Shown here piece after piece: positions 36,536 through 46,615 of a DNA stretch of 64,000 nt (position 1 is the stretch's first letter; every line of letters begins with the position of its first letter). The notes beneath the pieces were generated by a model. That model worked only from the letters and a program-made list of their open reading frames with translations. It was not told the DNA's origin and did no database searches. Origin of the DNA: a virus (lineage: Duplodnaviria > Caudoviricetes); the IMG/VR virus record IMGVR_UViG_2716884858_000003, positions 1 to 64,000 of that record; one strand, written 5' to 3'. Both the position numbers and the translations under genes were made by a program.

Positions 36536-36794
36536 CCCGCCCCCGGACACCGGCCGGACAACCCCGGCCGGACACGCCGGACACGACCTGACCAGCACCG
36601 ACGACCCACCAACGGACACGGGGCGGACACGCCCGCCCCACGTCCCGGACACCCGCCCCGGACACGTCTGGGACACCGCCCGCCCAGGCCGCCCCCTCCG
36701 GCCCGGGCGGGCCCTCGTCGTCCCCAGGAGCCACCTCGCCGCCCGGCGTACCCTGCTCCGCTGCCCAAGCAGCCCCCGAGCAGGGACAACGCCC

Positions 36795-37649
36795 ATGAGC
36801 CAGGCCACCTACGACCGCACCGCCGACGTGCCCCTCGGCGACCTCCGCCCGTTCCCGGGCAACGCCCGCCGCGGCGACCCGGCCGTCATCCTGCAAAGCC
36901 TGGTCCGCACCGGGCAGTTCCGCAGCCTCATCGTGCGCGACACCGGCGACAGCCTGGTGGTCCTCGCCGGTAACCACACCCTCCAGGCCCTGCTGGCCCA
37001 CGGCCCCGGCCCTTGCGGCATGACCACGACCGTGGACGGTGCGGAGCTGCCCTGCGCCCTGTGCGGCGGCCAGGAGTGGGCGCCCGCCGCGCGCTGCGAG
37101 ATCGTCACCTGTGACGACGCGACGGCGACCCGCATCAACCTCGTGGACAACCGGTCGGCGGAGCTGGGCGGGTGGGATGAGCAGGCGCTGGCGGAGCTGA
37201 TCGCCGGACTGGACGGCGACCTGGACGGCACCGGCTACACGGACGCCGACCTGGCCGACCTGGTGGCCGCCATCGAGGAGGCGTACGAGGAGGAGCCCGA
37301 GGAGGAGCAGCCGGCCCCGGCCGGGAACGCCGCACCGGCGGAGCCGGCCACCTCGAGCGCCGCCCCGGCCAGCGGCGACACCATCCCCGAGGGCCCGGCC
37401 CCCGGCACCGTCGCCCCGCCCATGCCGGACGGCACCCGCTCCATGCTGCTCACGTACCCGGCCGCCGACCGCGACGAGGCGGCCCGCCTGGTCGTCGCCG
37501 CCCGCGAGGTGTTCCCGGCCGAGGACGCCGCCGTCATCGTGCTGCGCGCCCTGCGCACCCTCGTGGCCGTCCTGGACTCCCGCCACGCCCACGACGGCGT
37601 GGTCACCGTGGCGGCCCTGCTGCGCGCCGCAGGGGCCCCAGAGTCATGA
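36795..37649 (+). CDS. ParB/Srx-like N-terminal domain protein (paralog 1)
   Basis: L.PFPGNARRGD...GQFR...VLAGNHT...NLVDNR. Confidence 0.82.
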   Translation: MSQATYDRTADVPLGDLRPFPGNARRGDPAVILQSLVRTGQFRSLIVRDTGDSLVVLAGNHTLQALLAHGPGPCGMTTTVDGAELPCALCGGQEWAPAARCEIVTCDDATATRINLVDNRSAELGGWDEQALAELIAGLDGDLDGTGYTDADLADLVAAIEEAYEEEPEEEQPAPAGNAAPAEPATSSAAPASGDTIPEGPAPGTVAPPMPDGTRSMLLTYPAADRDEAARLVVAAREVFPAEDAAVIVLRALRTLVAVLDSRHAHDGVVTVAALLRAAGAPES

Positions 37650-38002
37650 GCACGGCCGTCGACCTGGCCCCGCCTCGTCGGCGCCGCTCGCGCCGCCCTG
37701 AGCGCCTGCTGACCCAGAACAGCGAACTCCGGGACGAGGGCATTTGGAACTGGACGCTCCCGGCGCTGGCCACCCGGCTGCGAGACGGACGCACCGTCAA
37801 GACCTGTCCGGCTGCTGGGGTCTGCGTGTCGCGTATCGCTGCAGATGCCGTGTCCCCCGCATGTGTGTCGCTTTACGCGGGACCGGAGCCCCGATGCGCC
37901 AACTCGCCATGGAGGATCAAGGTGTCTCATTCCTTCTCTGGCCTGTGGTCGAGATCACACTGCGCGGCGACAGGGCCCAGCTGCTCGATGTCCACTGGCT
38001 GA
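37646..38002 (+). pseudogene. Truncated Gp88-like phage protein (similarity ends near 37826)
   Basis: LLTQNSELR..GIWNWTLPA...TCPAAGVC then abrupt shift to non-coding-like sequence. Confidence 0.65.
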
Positions 38003-38090
38003 TTCGGTGGTCCACCACGCTGACAGGCTTCGAAAAATACGGCAGCAGGTGCACTCGGCGTGGAGCGGCCGCCGAATGTCGAGTGCCCGG

Positions 38091-40061
38091 CTACTCGTCC
38101 TCGTCGTCGATCGGTTCAGTGATCCACTCCGGAGGTACGAGGGCCTGGCTGTTGCTGTAGCGCCAGCGCTCGACGACGTGGTCACGGAAGAGCGGATCGG
38201 CCAGGTCGGCGTGCTCGACGACGATGACCTGGAGCGCGCCGTCGAGCGCCTGGACGGTGTCATTGATGGTCCGGTAGATATCCAGCAGGTGGCTGAGGTC
38301 AGTCCCCTGGGGTGTGGGCTCGCCGGTGTAGTCGGGCGGGAAGTACACCTGGGACGGCTGGTCGAGGATCAGCGTCCGCGGGACGGGTCCGCGGTGCTCG
38401 CTGAACCACTCGTGCAGGCTCAGCAGCGTGGCGACGTGGTAGCCCAGGTGGTTCTCGGCGCTGCCCATGTCGGCGAGTCGGACGGGACCGTCGGCCGTGT
38501 CGGCGACGACAGTCAGCCGGTTGACGTCGAGGCGGATGGGCGCGTCCGAGTGGTCGAGCTCCAGCGCGGCAGCCTTGGTGCGGATGTTCTGGCTGATCAG
38601 GGACAGGTAACTGGTGAGCCGGTCGCCCTGGGTGTCGTCGCTCAGGAGCTCTTCCAGCTCAGCGATCTGTTGCTGGAGGGCGTCGCGGCGGTCTTCGACC
38701 TGCGGGGCACTCACATGCTGGGCAGTGGTGTCGAGGTAAAGGCTGATACGGCCGCGCACATGGGCGGCCCGCTGCGCCTGGTCCGGCTCCTGCTGCAGCG
38801 CGCGCAGCCCGGCGCTGATCTCGTTGATTTCGTCCTGGCTGCGGGAGAGCGCCGCGCGCAGTTGCTGTAGCTGCTCCTCCTCCAGGGCCATCTGGCGTTG
38901 CAGGGCGGGTGTGTCGCTGCCGATCACCTGTAGATCGCCGTCGAGGCGTTCGAGGTCGTGCATGATCGTCGCCACCGTGGTGTTGGCCGAGGCGATCGGG
39001 CTTTCGCACACCGGGCACTGCGCGGCCTGGGAGGTGTCTGGGGACAGTCGCATCAACCCGAGAGACGCGAGACGCCGGCGCTGCTCTCTTGCCTCGCCCG
39101 CGAAGTCGTCATTCTCCTCGACCGCGCGCTTGAGGTCGGCGATGCGGGCCCGGGACTGCCCGACGGCGCGCCGCAGTTGGGCACGCCGGCCGATGGCGGC
39201 GGTCAACGGGTCGCCGTCGTTGTCCGGTCGGGACTCCAGCTCTAGCCGGATGCTGCCTTCCAGGGCGAACCGCAGAAGGCCAAGGATCTCCTCCGCCGTC
39301 GGCTCGCTGTCGCGGTGCGGTACAAGCCCTGCCTCGACCGCCTCGGTGAGCAGTGCTCGGGCCTGGCCCGACGCTGGGCCGAGGTCGCGGGCCTGGGCGA
39401 GTTTGGCTTCAAGGTCGGAAAGGTCCCGGCGCAGGAGCCGCAGCCGGTTGCGCAGCGCTGCCTGTTCGGGGTCGACGGCGCCGAGGAAGTACGGAATCAC
39501 ACCCCGGATGGTGTTCGGTCGCCACTCCTCACCTTGGGAGTGGAACAGCAGGTCGGGGTTGGCGACCTCGTTCTGTGCCTGGAAGCAGAAGTACAGCGCG
39601 TGGCGGATCGACGGAGCGATGGTCTGGGCGCGGGCGACCGCGGGCACCTTGATGGTGCGGTCGATGCCGCAGAAGTCGCTGAGGATGTCCTTGGCGGTGT
39701 CCAGGGGCGTCGCGAAGGTCAGCTCCTCCAGCGGGGGAGGCGGGGTCTCTGGGGCCTGGGACAGGACACACAGCACGGTGCTCACGGCGTTCCCCGGCTC
39801 CGGGGCGCGCCGGGCGACGAAGAGCTGCTGGTCGGGCTTCGCCAGGGTGACGGCGTAGGCGCCCACGTACTTGCGGACCTTGCCGGCCTTGACGGGGTAG
39901 TCGGAGCTAGCCAGGCAGTAGTCGATGATGGTCAGCAGCGCGCTCTTCCCGCGCCGGGAGTCGCCCGTGACGATGTTCAGGGTGCCGGTGTGGAACGGGA
40001 CCGTGCGGACCTGTCCGGGCTGCTTGCCGTAGACGGTGACCGCTTGGATCTGAAAGGTCAC
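38091..40061 (-). CDS. SMC-like ABC ATPase (DUF3732; Lamassu LmuB-like)
   Basis: Walker A GDSRRGKS, coiled coil with CPVC, MGSAEN signature, ILDQPSQVYFP Walker B. Confidence 0.88.
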   Translation of the reverse strand: MTFQIQAVTVYGKQPGQVRTVPFHTGTLNIVTGDSRRGKSALLTIIDYCLASSDYPVKAGKVRKYVGAYAVTLAKPDQQLFVARRAPEPGNAVSTVLCVLSQAPETPPPPLEELTFATPLDTAKDILSDFCGIDRTIKVPAVARAQTIAPSIRHALYFCFQAQNEVANPDLLFHSQGEEWRPNTIRGVIPYFLGAVDPEQAALRNRLRLLRRDLSDLEAKLAQARDLGPASGQARALLTEAVEAGLVPHRDSEPTAEEILGLLRFALEGSIRLELESRPDNDGDPLTAAIGRRAQLRRAVGQSRARIADLKRAVEENDDFAGEAREQRRRLASLGLMRLSPDTSQAAQCPVCESPIASANTTVATIMHDLERLDGDLQVIGSDTPALQRQMALEEEQLQQLRAALSRSQDEINEISAGLRALQQEPDQAQRAAHVRGRISLYLDTTAQHVSAPQVEDRRDALQQQIAELEELLSDDTQGDRLTSYLSLISQNIRTKAAALELDHSDAPIRLDVNRLTVVADTADGPVRLADMGSAENHLGYHVATLLSLHEWFSEHRGPVPRTLILDQPSQVYFPPDYTGEPTPQGTDLSHLLDIYRTINDTVQALDGALQVIVVEHADLADPLFRDHVVERWRYSNSQALVPPEWITEPIDDEDE

Positions 40062-40540
40062 GCTTGGACTCCCAGGAGCGTCAGGACGGTGCTGATGCTG
40101 CCGGTGCTGGGCAGCCAGCGCCCGAGTTGGTGGGCGGCTTTCTGGATCGCGGTGTTCTGTTCGGGGCCGTCCTTGAGGGCCGTCACGGCCCGTGGCTTCA
40201 CCGTCAGCCCGGAGCCTTGAAGCCTGAGCACATCGCTCTGAAGGGCGAAGAGCAGGCCTGGTCGCACGACGGTGGCGAGGGCGGCGGCGTTGAGACCCAT
40301 GGCCACGCGGACGGCCTCGTTCTCGTCGAGCCAGTTCATCAGCCCGGTGCGGAGGGTGGCGGGCAGCGCCGTCCGGATAGACGGCTGGAGAGCCATAACC
40401 GCGGCGGTCACTGCGACTGGAAGCGGGCAGGCGGAGCGGTACTGCTTCTCGTAGCCCTGCACAGCCCGGACGCACACGAGTGCTGTGAAGGCCGGGTTGA
40501 ACAGTGCGCGCTCCTCGCGGCTGAGGTCACGCTCGGCCAT
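40058..40540 (-). CDS. ABC three-component middle component (LmuC-like)
   Basis: EERALFNPAF...AHQLGRW; GTGA coupling to the ATPase. Confidence 0.8.
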   Translation of the reverse strand: MAERDLSREERALFNPAFTALVCVRAVQGYEKQYRSACPLPVAVTAAVMALQPSIRTALPATLRTGLMNWLDENEAVRVAMGLNAAALATVVRPGLLFALQSDVLRLQGSGLTVKPRAVTALKDGPEQNTAIQKAAHQLGRWLPSTGSISTVLTLLGVQA

Positions 40541-41753
40541 CAGCGGCTCCCGCCGGCTCCAGCAGAGCCGCCAGCCGGGCGCTGAAGTCCGGATGCCACC
40601 CGACCTGCAGCTCGTCCGCGAGCATTTGGTACGACCCCTTGACGACGAACACCTCTTCACAGCCTGTGCGGATGCGAAGCCGGGCCTCCCGGTCGACCCA
40701 CCTGTAGATCAGCTTGGCCTCACGCTTCATCTCTTCTTCGGTGGCTTCATCGCCGAGATCTTCACGCATCTCGGCGAAGCGCGACTGCCACTCCTCCACG
40801 AGCCTGCGCTCATACGCGCCGATCTCGCCGGCACGTAGCAGGTTCTCGTTCGCCCAGCGGGAGCGCTGAGCGAAGGCCCTCACCCAGTCCCGAACCGCGT
40901 AGCCGATCCGCTCCGCGCCCACGTCGATCAGCCGGAGCTGATGCACGAACACCTTGTCGGCGGCATCGGCAGCGGCCGGGGCCGCAGCCGTGAGCGCGGC
41001 GATATCAGGGTCGATCGGCAGATTGTGCTCACCGATCTGATTGCGCAGATCGTTGAACAGCTCGTCGAACTCGGAGCCGGTCACCGGATCCGACCCCGGG
41101 AAGCTCATCTGGACGGACGCCCGCTCGAAGAACCAGCCCTCAAGACGCTGAAGAAAGGACTCGGCGTACCGGCGCTCGACGGCCAGGCTTGCGTAACCGA
41201 GCAGGTCCTCCCTGATGGAGTTCATCCCCGGCGCGTCACCGATGACCTCGACCCGGCTGATGAGCTCGGCCCGGCGCTGCGCCCCGAGCGCGTCGAACGC
41301 CTCGAAGGCCTTGGCCAACGTCGTACTCTTCGAGGACTGCCGTGCCTGGACGAGGAGAGCCTCGGCAGCCTGCTCGTCACGGTGCCCGCTGGCCTTGGGC
41401 TGCAGGAGGAACCCCGCGCTGTCGTCCGGCAGCTCTGCGGTGGTAATCAGGTAGAGGCTTGTCTCGGCAAGGTCGATGTGCCCCTCGGTAACGGCGTGTG
41501 ACCAGACCCTGATTGTCTTCCACAGGTCCGACGACAGGTCCGTCAGTCTCACGTTGTCTGCCCGCTTCTTCAGCTGGGTCAGCTCGGTGTGCGACCCGAT
41601 GAGGGCCTGGACATCGTCCGTTGCCTCAATCGCCACACTCCACTCGATCCCGCCCCTGGAGAGCTCCACGCACCGCTGGAGCGCCACGCGGAGTTGGTAG
41701 AGGTATCCGAGCGCTGACGCCGATGCTTCGAAGGGATTCTCCGGGCTGGTCAT
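40527..41753 (-). CDS. ABC-3C/Lamassu effector with Cap4-like PD-(D/E)xK nuclease (LmuA-like)
   Basis: GYLYQ...E..DDV...QLK...DLWKT..VW N-terminus; GSYQMLAD..VGWHPDF C-terminal domain. Confidence 0.82.
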   Translation of the reverse strand: MTSPENPFEASASALGYLYQLRVALQRCVELSRGGIEWSVAIEATDDVQALIGSHTELTQLKKRADNVRLTDLSSDLWKTIRVWSHAVTEGHIDLAETSLYLITTAELPDDSAGFLLQPKASGHRDEQAAEALLVQARQSSKSTTLAKAFEAFDALGAQRRAELISRVEVIGDAPGMNSIREDLLGYASLAVERRYAESFLQRLEGWFFERASVQMSFPGSDPVTGSEFDELFNDLRNQIGEHNLPIDPDIAALTAAAPAAADAADKVFVHQLRLIDVGAERIGYAVRDWVRAFAQRSRWANENLLRAGEIGAYERRLVEEWQSRFAEMREDLGDEATEEEMKREAKLIYRWVDREARLRIRTGCEEVFVVKGSYQMLADELQVGWHPDFSARLAALLEPAGAADGRA

Positions 41754-41845
41754 GCACCCACCGCCTCCCTCTGATTACCGAGTGCAGCGATCATTCCATG
41801 GCCGCGCCGCAGGTAAAACACGGATTGCCGAACTTGCCGAACCGT

Positions 41846-42226
41846 TACGAGTGCTGGCCAGCCGCCCGTAGTAGCGGCTTGCCCGTGGTGCTCTACCTCC
41901 CCGCCGACCGCGACGAGTTGCTGCGGCGCCTGGCCGAACGCAACGAACGCGAGGACGCCAACGCGCTGACCGTCTCCCCCGAAGCCCTGGACGACTTCTT
42001 CGCCCGCTTCGATGCCCCGGCCGACTACGAGTGCTGGCCAGCCGCCCGTAGTAGCGGCCTGCCCGTGGTGCTCTACCTCCCCGCCGACCGCGACGAGTTG
42101 CTGCGGCGCCTGGCCGAACGCAACGAACGCGAGGACGCCAACGCGCTGACCGTCTCCCCCGAAGCCCTGGACGACTTCTTCGCCCGCTTCGATGCCCCGG
42201 CCGACGACGAAGACGTGATCATCTAA
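41846..42226 (+). pseudogene. 3' remnant of an AAA/kinase-like gene with a 180-bp tandem duplication
   Basis: 41846-42025 repeated at 42026-42205 with 1 mismatch; YLPADRDELLRRLAERN...RFDAP. Confidence 0.7.
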
Positions 42227-42533
42227 ACCGGGGACCTGGACGTCCTCGTGACGGCCTCACGGAGGCCCGGGGGCGGTAAGGCGGGGCCTCGGGGCCGGTG
42301 ACGTCAGCTGCACGACCCGTACGGGGCCGTGCTGTGCGCACCCCACATGGCTGCGCCTGCACCAAGTGCCGCGCCCAGCAACCCAATCACGGCCGTCATC
42401 CATTCGCCCATGCGGACAGAGTCTGGTCGTTTCGCTCACCCCGCTGCCACCCGGAGCGACAACCCCCAGGCGGAACTTGCACCTCCGCTTATCCTTCTCC
42501 GTCGCCCAGGACACCGACCAGGGGGATAAGCCC

Positions 42534-43283
42534 ATGTCACAGGCGACGTACGTGCGCACCGCCACGGTGCCGCTCAGGGATTTGAGCCCCTACCCGGGCA
42601 ACGCCCGCAAGGGCGACGTGCGCCTCATCCTGGACAGCCTGCGCACCAGCGGCCAGTACCGATCACTGATTGCCCGTCAACCCCCGGACGGCCGCCTGGT
42701 CGTCCTCGCCGGCAACCACACCATGTTCGCCTTGGCGCTCCACGGCCGCGGCCCGTGCCTCCAGACCATCCCCATGGCCGGCCACCCGGAGCAGCCCTGC
42801 GCCATCTGCAACGGCGCCCGTTGGGAGCCCTCCGCCCGGGTGGAGGTCGTGGAGTGCGACGACGAGACCGCGCTCCGCATCAACGTCGTGGACAACCGCG
42901 CCGCCGAGAAAGGCGCCTGGGACCTGGACGCCCTCGTCGACCTGCTCTCCTACCTGCCGGACTACGACGGCACCGGCTACAGCGACCAGGACGTGGAGCG
43001 CCTCCTCGCCCCGCCCCCGACGCTCGAGGAACTGGCCGACACCTACGCCCCGCCCGCGGACTACGGCGACGACCCGCCCGCCACCGGCCGCCTCGGCATC
43101 CCGGCCGGGGACGGCAGCGGCCTGGGCGAGGGGAGCGGCCTGTGGCCCGTGCTGCGCCTGCGCGTACGCCCGCAGGTCCGTGACGACTTCTACGCAGCCA
43201 CGGCCGGCTGCCCCACCCCAGGCGACGACGGCGCCCGCCTCGCCTGGCTGCTCGAACACACCCGAGAGGACTCCCCCCGATGA
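42534..43283 (+). CDS. ParB/Srx-like protein (paralog 2)
   Basis: PYPGNARKGD...GQYR...VLAGNHT...VDNR. Confidence 0.82.
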   Translation: MSQATYVRTATVPLRDLSPYPGNARKGDVRLILDSLRTSGQYRSLIARQPPDGRLVVLAGNHTMFALALHGRGPCLQTIPMAGHPEQPCAICNGARWEPSARVEVVECDDETALRINVVDNRAAEKGAWDLDALVDLLSYLPDYDGTGYSDQDVERLLAPPPTLEELADTYAPPADYGDDPPATGRLGIPAGDGSGLGEGSGLWPVLRLRVRPQVRDDFYAATAGCPTPGDDGARLAWLLEHTREDSPR

Positions 43284-43999
43284 CCACCGCCACCTACCTG
43301 CGCACCGACACCATCCCGGTGGACCAGCTCACCCCGTACCCGGGCAACGCCAAGCGCGGCGACGTCCCCGCCATCCTGCGCAGCCTGCGCAAGAACGGGC
43401 AGTACCGCGGCCTGGTGGTCCGTCAGCAGCCGGACGGCACCCTGGTGGTGCTCGCCGGCAACCACACCCGCATGGCGCTCGCCGAGCACGGCCCCGGCGA
43501 CTGCGGCGTCAAGGAGTGCGGCATCTGCCGCAACAGCCCGGCCTGGACTCCGGCAGCCCGCTGCGAGGTGGTCGAGTGCGACGACGCCACCGCGCTGCGG
43601 GTCAACCTGGCGGACAACCGCACGGCCGAGCTGGGCCACACCGACTACGCGGCCCTGGCCGACCTGCTCGGCACCCTGGACGACTTCGACGGCACCGGCT
43701 ACAACGACCAGGACGTCGCCGACATCACCCAGCTGATCGCGCTCCCACAGGACGACGTCAAGGGCGACCCCCGCCCGCCGTCCGGATCCACGGCGCCCGG
43801 GGACGGCCCCGGCCCGGGCAGCCACGATGACGAGGCGAGCCCAGAGGCGTTCCTGCCCGTCATCACCCTGCGCGTCAGTCACGCCACATTCGACCGCTGG
43901 CGCGACGCCCTGGACGCCCACCCGGGAGAGGACGACGCCGCCAAGCTGCTCGGCCTGCTCGCTGAGCTGGAGGCCTACCGCGCCCGGGCGGCCGCATGA
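43280..43999 (+). CDS. ParB/Srx-like protein (paralog 3)
   Basis: PYPGNAKRGD...GQYR...VLAGNHT...ADNR. Confidence 0.82.
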   Translation: MTTATYLRTDTIPVDQLTPYPGNAKRGDVPAILRSLRKNGQYRGLVVRQQPDGTLVVLAGNHTRMALAEHGPGDCGVKECGICRNSPAWTPAARCEVVECDDATALRVNLADNRTAELGHTDYAALADLLGTLDDFDGTGYNDQDVADITQLIALPQDDVKGDPRPPSGSTAPGDGPGPGSHDDEASPEAFLPVITLRVSHATFDRWRDALDAHPGEDDAAKLLGLLAELEAYRARAAA

Positions 44000-44928
44000 C
44001 CGCCACCGCGTCCATCCCCGGCCAGCCCTTCAAGGTGCTGTGCTCCTACGCCTACTTCCGCGGCCACAACTTCGGGCCTCTGCTGGAGAGCGTCCACCAG
44101 GGCCCGGCCATGGTCTTCGGGGACTCCGGCGCCCACTCCGCCCGCACCCTGGGCATCTCCCTGACCCTGGACGGCTATGCGGCCTGGTGCCACCGCTGGG
44201 ACCAGCACCTCACCCTGTACGCCAACCTGGACGTCATCGGCGCCCCAGAGGCCACCTGGCGCAACCAGCGCGCACTGGAGGAGCAGCACGGCCTCACCCC
44301 GATCCCCGTGTTCCACACCGGTGAACCGTGGAGCTACCTGGAGCGGTACATCGACGAGGGATACACGTACATCGCCCTCGGCAAGCTCCTCGGCAACCCG
44401 CTCGATGAGCTGCTGCCCTGGCTCGACAAGGCATTCAGCATCGCCGGCGACCGGGCCGTCTTCCACGGCTTCGGCATGACCGTGTGGGACGTGGTGCGCC
44501 GGCTGCCCTTCTACAGCGTGGACTCCTCCACCTGGACCCAGCCGTACCGGTTCGGGATCGTCAAGCTCTTCGACCACCACCGCGGCCAGTGGGTCAACTT
44601 CCTCATGCGGGACAAGCAGAAGGTCCTCCAGCACCGGGACCTGCTGCGGGCCCACCACACCGACCCGCTCATCTACGCCTCCCACGGAACCTACGACCGC
44701 ACCGAGGCCACCGTCACCGCGGCCGTGGCCTGGCGCCGCGCGGAGGCATTCCTGTGCGCCCGGCACGGACCCATCGCCATGCCACCCAGCGAGCGCAACC
44801 CGATCACCCGCCACGGCGGTACGGCCACGCCCGGCCTGCACCTGTACCTGGCGGAGTCCACCACCACCAACATCTACCGGGCCAGCAAGGGCGTACGGGC
44901 CCGGGCCCACCTGGAGGCCACCCGATGA
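43996..44928 (+). CDS. TGT/DpdA-like guanine transglycosylase
   Basis: DSGAHS, NLDVI, PVFH, YIALG, HGFG, SVDSSTW motifs; adjacent to que/fol genes. Confidence 0.72.
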   Translation: MTATASIPGQPFKVLCSYAYFRGHNFGPLLESVHQGPAMVFGDSGAHSARTLGISLTLDGYAAWCHRWDQHLTLYANLDVIGAPEATWRNQRALEEQHGLTPIPVFHTGEPWSYLERYIDEGYTYIALGKLLGNPLDELLPWLDKAFSIAGDRAVFHGFGMTVWDVVRRLPFYSVDSSTWTQPYRFGIVKLFDHHRGQWVNFLMRDKQKVLQHRDLLRAHHTDPLIYASHGTYDRTEATVTAAVAWRRAEAFLCARHGPIAMPPSERNPITRHGGTATPGLHLYLAESTTTNIYRASKGVRARAHLEATR

Positions 44929-45434
44929 GCGGCACCCCAACCCCGCAGCCCTGCGAGATCCCCCACGCGACCAGGCAGGAAGAGGAGGAATGCGAGCGGC
45001 GCCGCCTCGCCGCACCGGACACCACCACCCTCATCCGCACCGTCACGGTCGGCCCCATCGCGATCTTCTTCACCAACGTCAACCGGGCCATGGGCCTGCG
45101 CGCCCACTCCCACACCGGTGCCGTCACCGTCGTCTACGACACCATCGGCCGCCACGGCTACCCCTCCTTCGCGGAGACGAACGCCGCCCTGGAGCGCCGC
45201 ATCCACGAGCTGACCCGGGCCGTGTTCAAGGACGCCACCAACGAGGACATCGCCGACCGCCTGTTCGCCCACCTCGACGGCTACACGGCGCCGGAGTGGG
45301 AGAGCTGGGGCGGGGCCTACGACCTGCGCGGCGTCCACCTTGACGTCATCGGCGTCCGGGACGCCATCGGCCACGACACCGGCACCACCCGCTACACCGT
45401 CGCCCGCACCCACCCCCAGGAGCACCAGTCATGA
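44925..45434 (+). CDS. QueD-like T-fold paralog (candidate DpdL-type CDG decarboxylase)
   Basis: AHSH and ATNEDIADRLF echo QueD HGH and PT.E motifs; lacks the QueD catalytic Cys. Confidence 0.5.
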   Translation: MSGTPTPQPCEIPHATRQEEEECERRRLAAPDTTTLIRTVTVGPIAIFFTNVNRAMGLRAHSHTGAVTVVYDTIGRHGYPSFAETNAALERRIHELTRAVFKDATNEDIADRLFAHLDGYTAPEWESWGGAYDLRGVHLDVIGVRDAIGHDTGTTRYTVARTHPQEHQS

Positions 45435-45883
45435 GCCACCACGTCACGGTCCGGCACAACTTCGAGACCGCCCACCGCGTGCCGCACCTGCCCGGCAAGT
45501 GCACCAACCTGCACGGCCACTCCTGGTGGGCAGAGATCACCGTCACCGCACCAGAGCTGTCCCGCGGCGGCATGGTCGTGGAGTTCGGCGCCTTCAAGAA
45601 GCTGCTGCGCCGGTGGATCGATGACTACCTGGACCACGGCGCCATGCTCGGCGCCCAGGACGCCCTGCTGCCCATCCTGCGCGCCCACGGCTCCAAGGTG
45701 TACGAGGTGACCGGCTGGCCCACCGTGGAGGCCACGGCCGAGCTGCTCGCCCACGTCGCCGGCGACATCCTCACGGACCTGGTGCGCGCGGAGGGCGCCT
45801 ACGTCTCCCGAGTCCACGTCACCGAGACCCACGTCAACGGCGCCACCTGGACCGCGCCCGCCCCGGCCGGGGCGACCGCATGA
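45431..45883 (+). CDS. queD: 6-carboxytetrahydropterin synthase
   Basis: FETAHR...KCTNLHGHS, LDH, PTVE. Confidence 0.92.
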   Translation: MSHHVTVRHNFETAHRVPHLPGKCTNLHGHSWWAEITVTAPELSRGGMVVEFGAFKKLLRRWIDDYLDHGAMLGAQDALLPILRAHGSKVYEVTGWPTVEATAELLAHVAGDILTDLVRAEGAYVSRVHVTETHVNGATWTAPAPAGATA

Positions 45884-46611
45884 CCCCCGACACCGTCACC
45901 GTCGACACCACCGACACCCTCGTCATCCGAGAAGTGTTCGGCTGCACCGTGCAAGGAGAGGGACCCTCCTGCGGGCGGCGCTGCTCGTTCATCCGCCTGG
46001 GCGGCTGCAACCTGACCTGTGGCTGGTGCGACACCCCGGAGACCTGGGACGCGGGCCGATTCGACCTGCGCCAGACCCTCACCCGCACCCCCGTCGCCGA
46101 GATCGTCACCCGCGCCCTGGAGGGCGACCCCGGCATGGTCGTCATCACCGGCGGGGAACCCCTGCTCCACCAGCGCAAGGACGGCTGGCGCTCCCTCCTC
46201 GGCGCGCTCATCCTCGCCGGCACGGAGATCGAGGTGGAGACCAACGGCACCCAGGAGCCCGAGGAGCACACCGCCCGCTGGGTGACCCGCTTCAACGTCT
46301 CGCCCAAGCTCGCCCACGCCGGCGACCCCGCGGACAAGCGCATCCGCCCCGGCGCCCTGTACGCCCTGCACGACACCCACAAAGCCGTCTTCAAGTTCGT
46401 CTGCTGCAACACCGCCGACGTCCATGAGGTACAGGCGTTCACCGCCGCCCACGGCATCCCGCCCGGCCTGGTGTGGGTGATGCCCGAGGGCACCGACACC
46501 GCCACCATCTCCACCCGCCTGGGGGAGATCGCCGACCCGGCCATCGCCGCCGGATTCAACCTGAGCACCCGCCTGCATGTACATGCCTGGGGCGACGAGA
46601 AAGGCCGATAG
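45880..46611 (+). CDS. queE: 7-carboxy-7-deazaguanine synthase (radical SAM)
   Basis: TVQGEG, FIRLGGCNLTCGWCDT, TGGEP, ETNG, SPK, RLH. Confidence 0.93.
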   Translation: MTPDTVTVDTTDTLVIREVFGCTVQGEGPSCGRRCSFIRLGGCNLTCGWCDTPETWDAGRFDLRQTLTRTPVAEIVTRALEGDPGMVVITGGEPLLHQRKDGWRSLLGALILAGTEIEVETNGTQEPEEHTARWVTRFNVSPKLAHAGDPADKRIRPGALYALHDTHKAVFKFVCCNTADVHEVQAFTAAHGIPPGLVWVMPEGTDTATISTRLGEIADPAIAAGFNLSTRLHVHAWGDEKGR

Positions 46612-46615
46612 ACCC

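Noticed and set aside
41846-42205. Template/variable repeat pair of a diversity-generating retroelement
   Set aside because: Only one non-adenine mismatch, directly tandem, and no reverse transcriptase in the window
36795-43999. ParABS partition system
   Set aside because: No ParA ATPase and no HTH-type ParB central domain; context points to DNA modification
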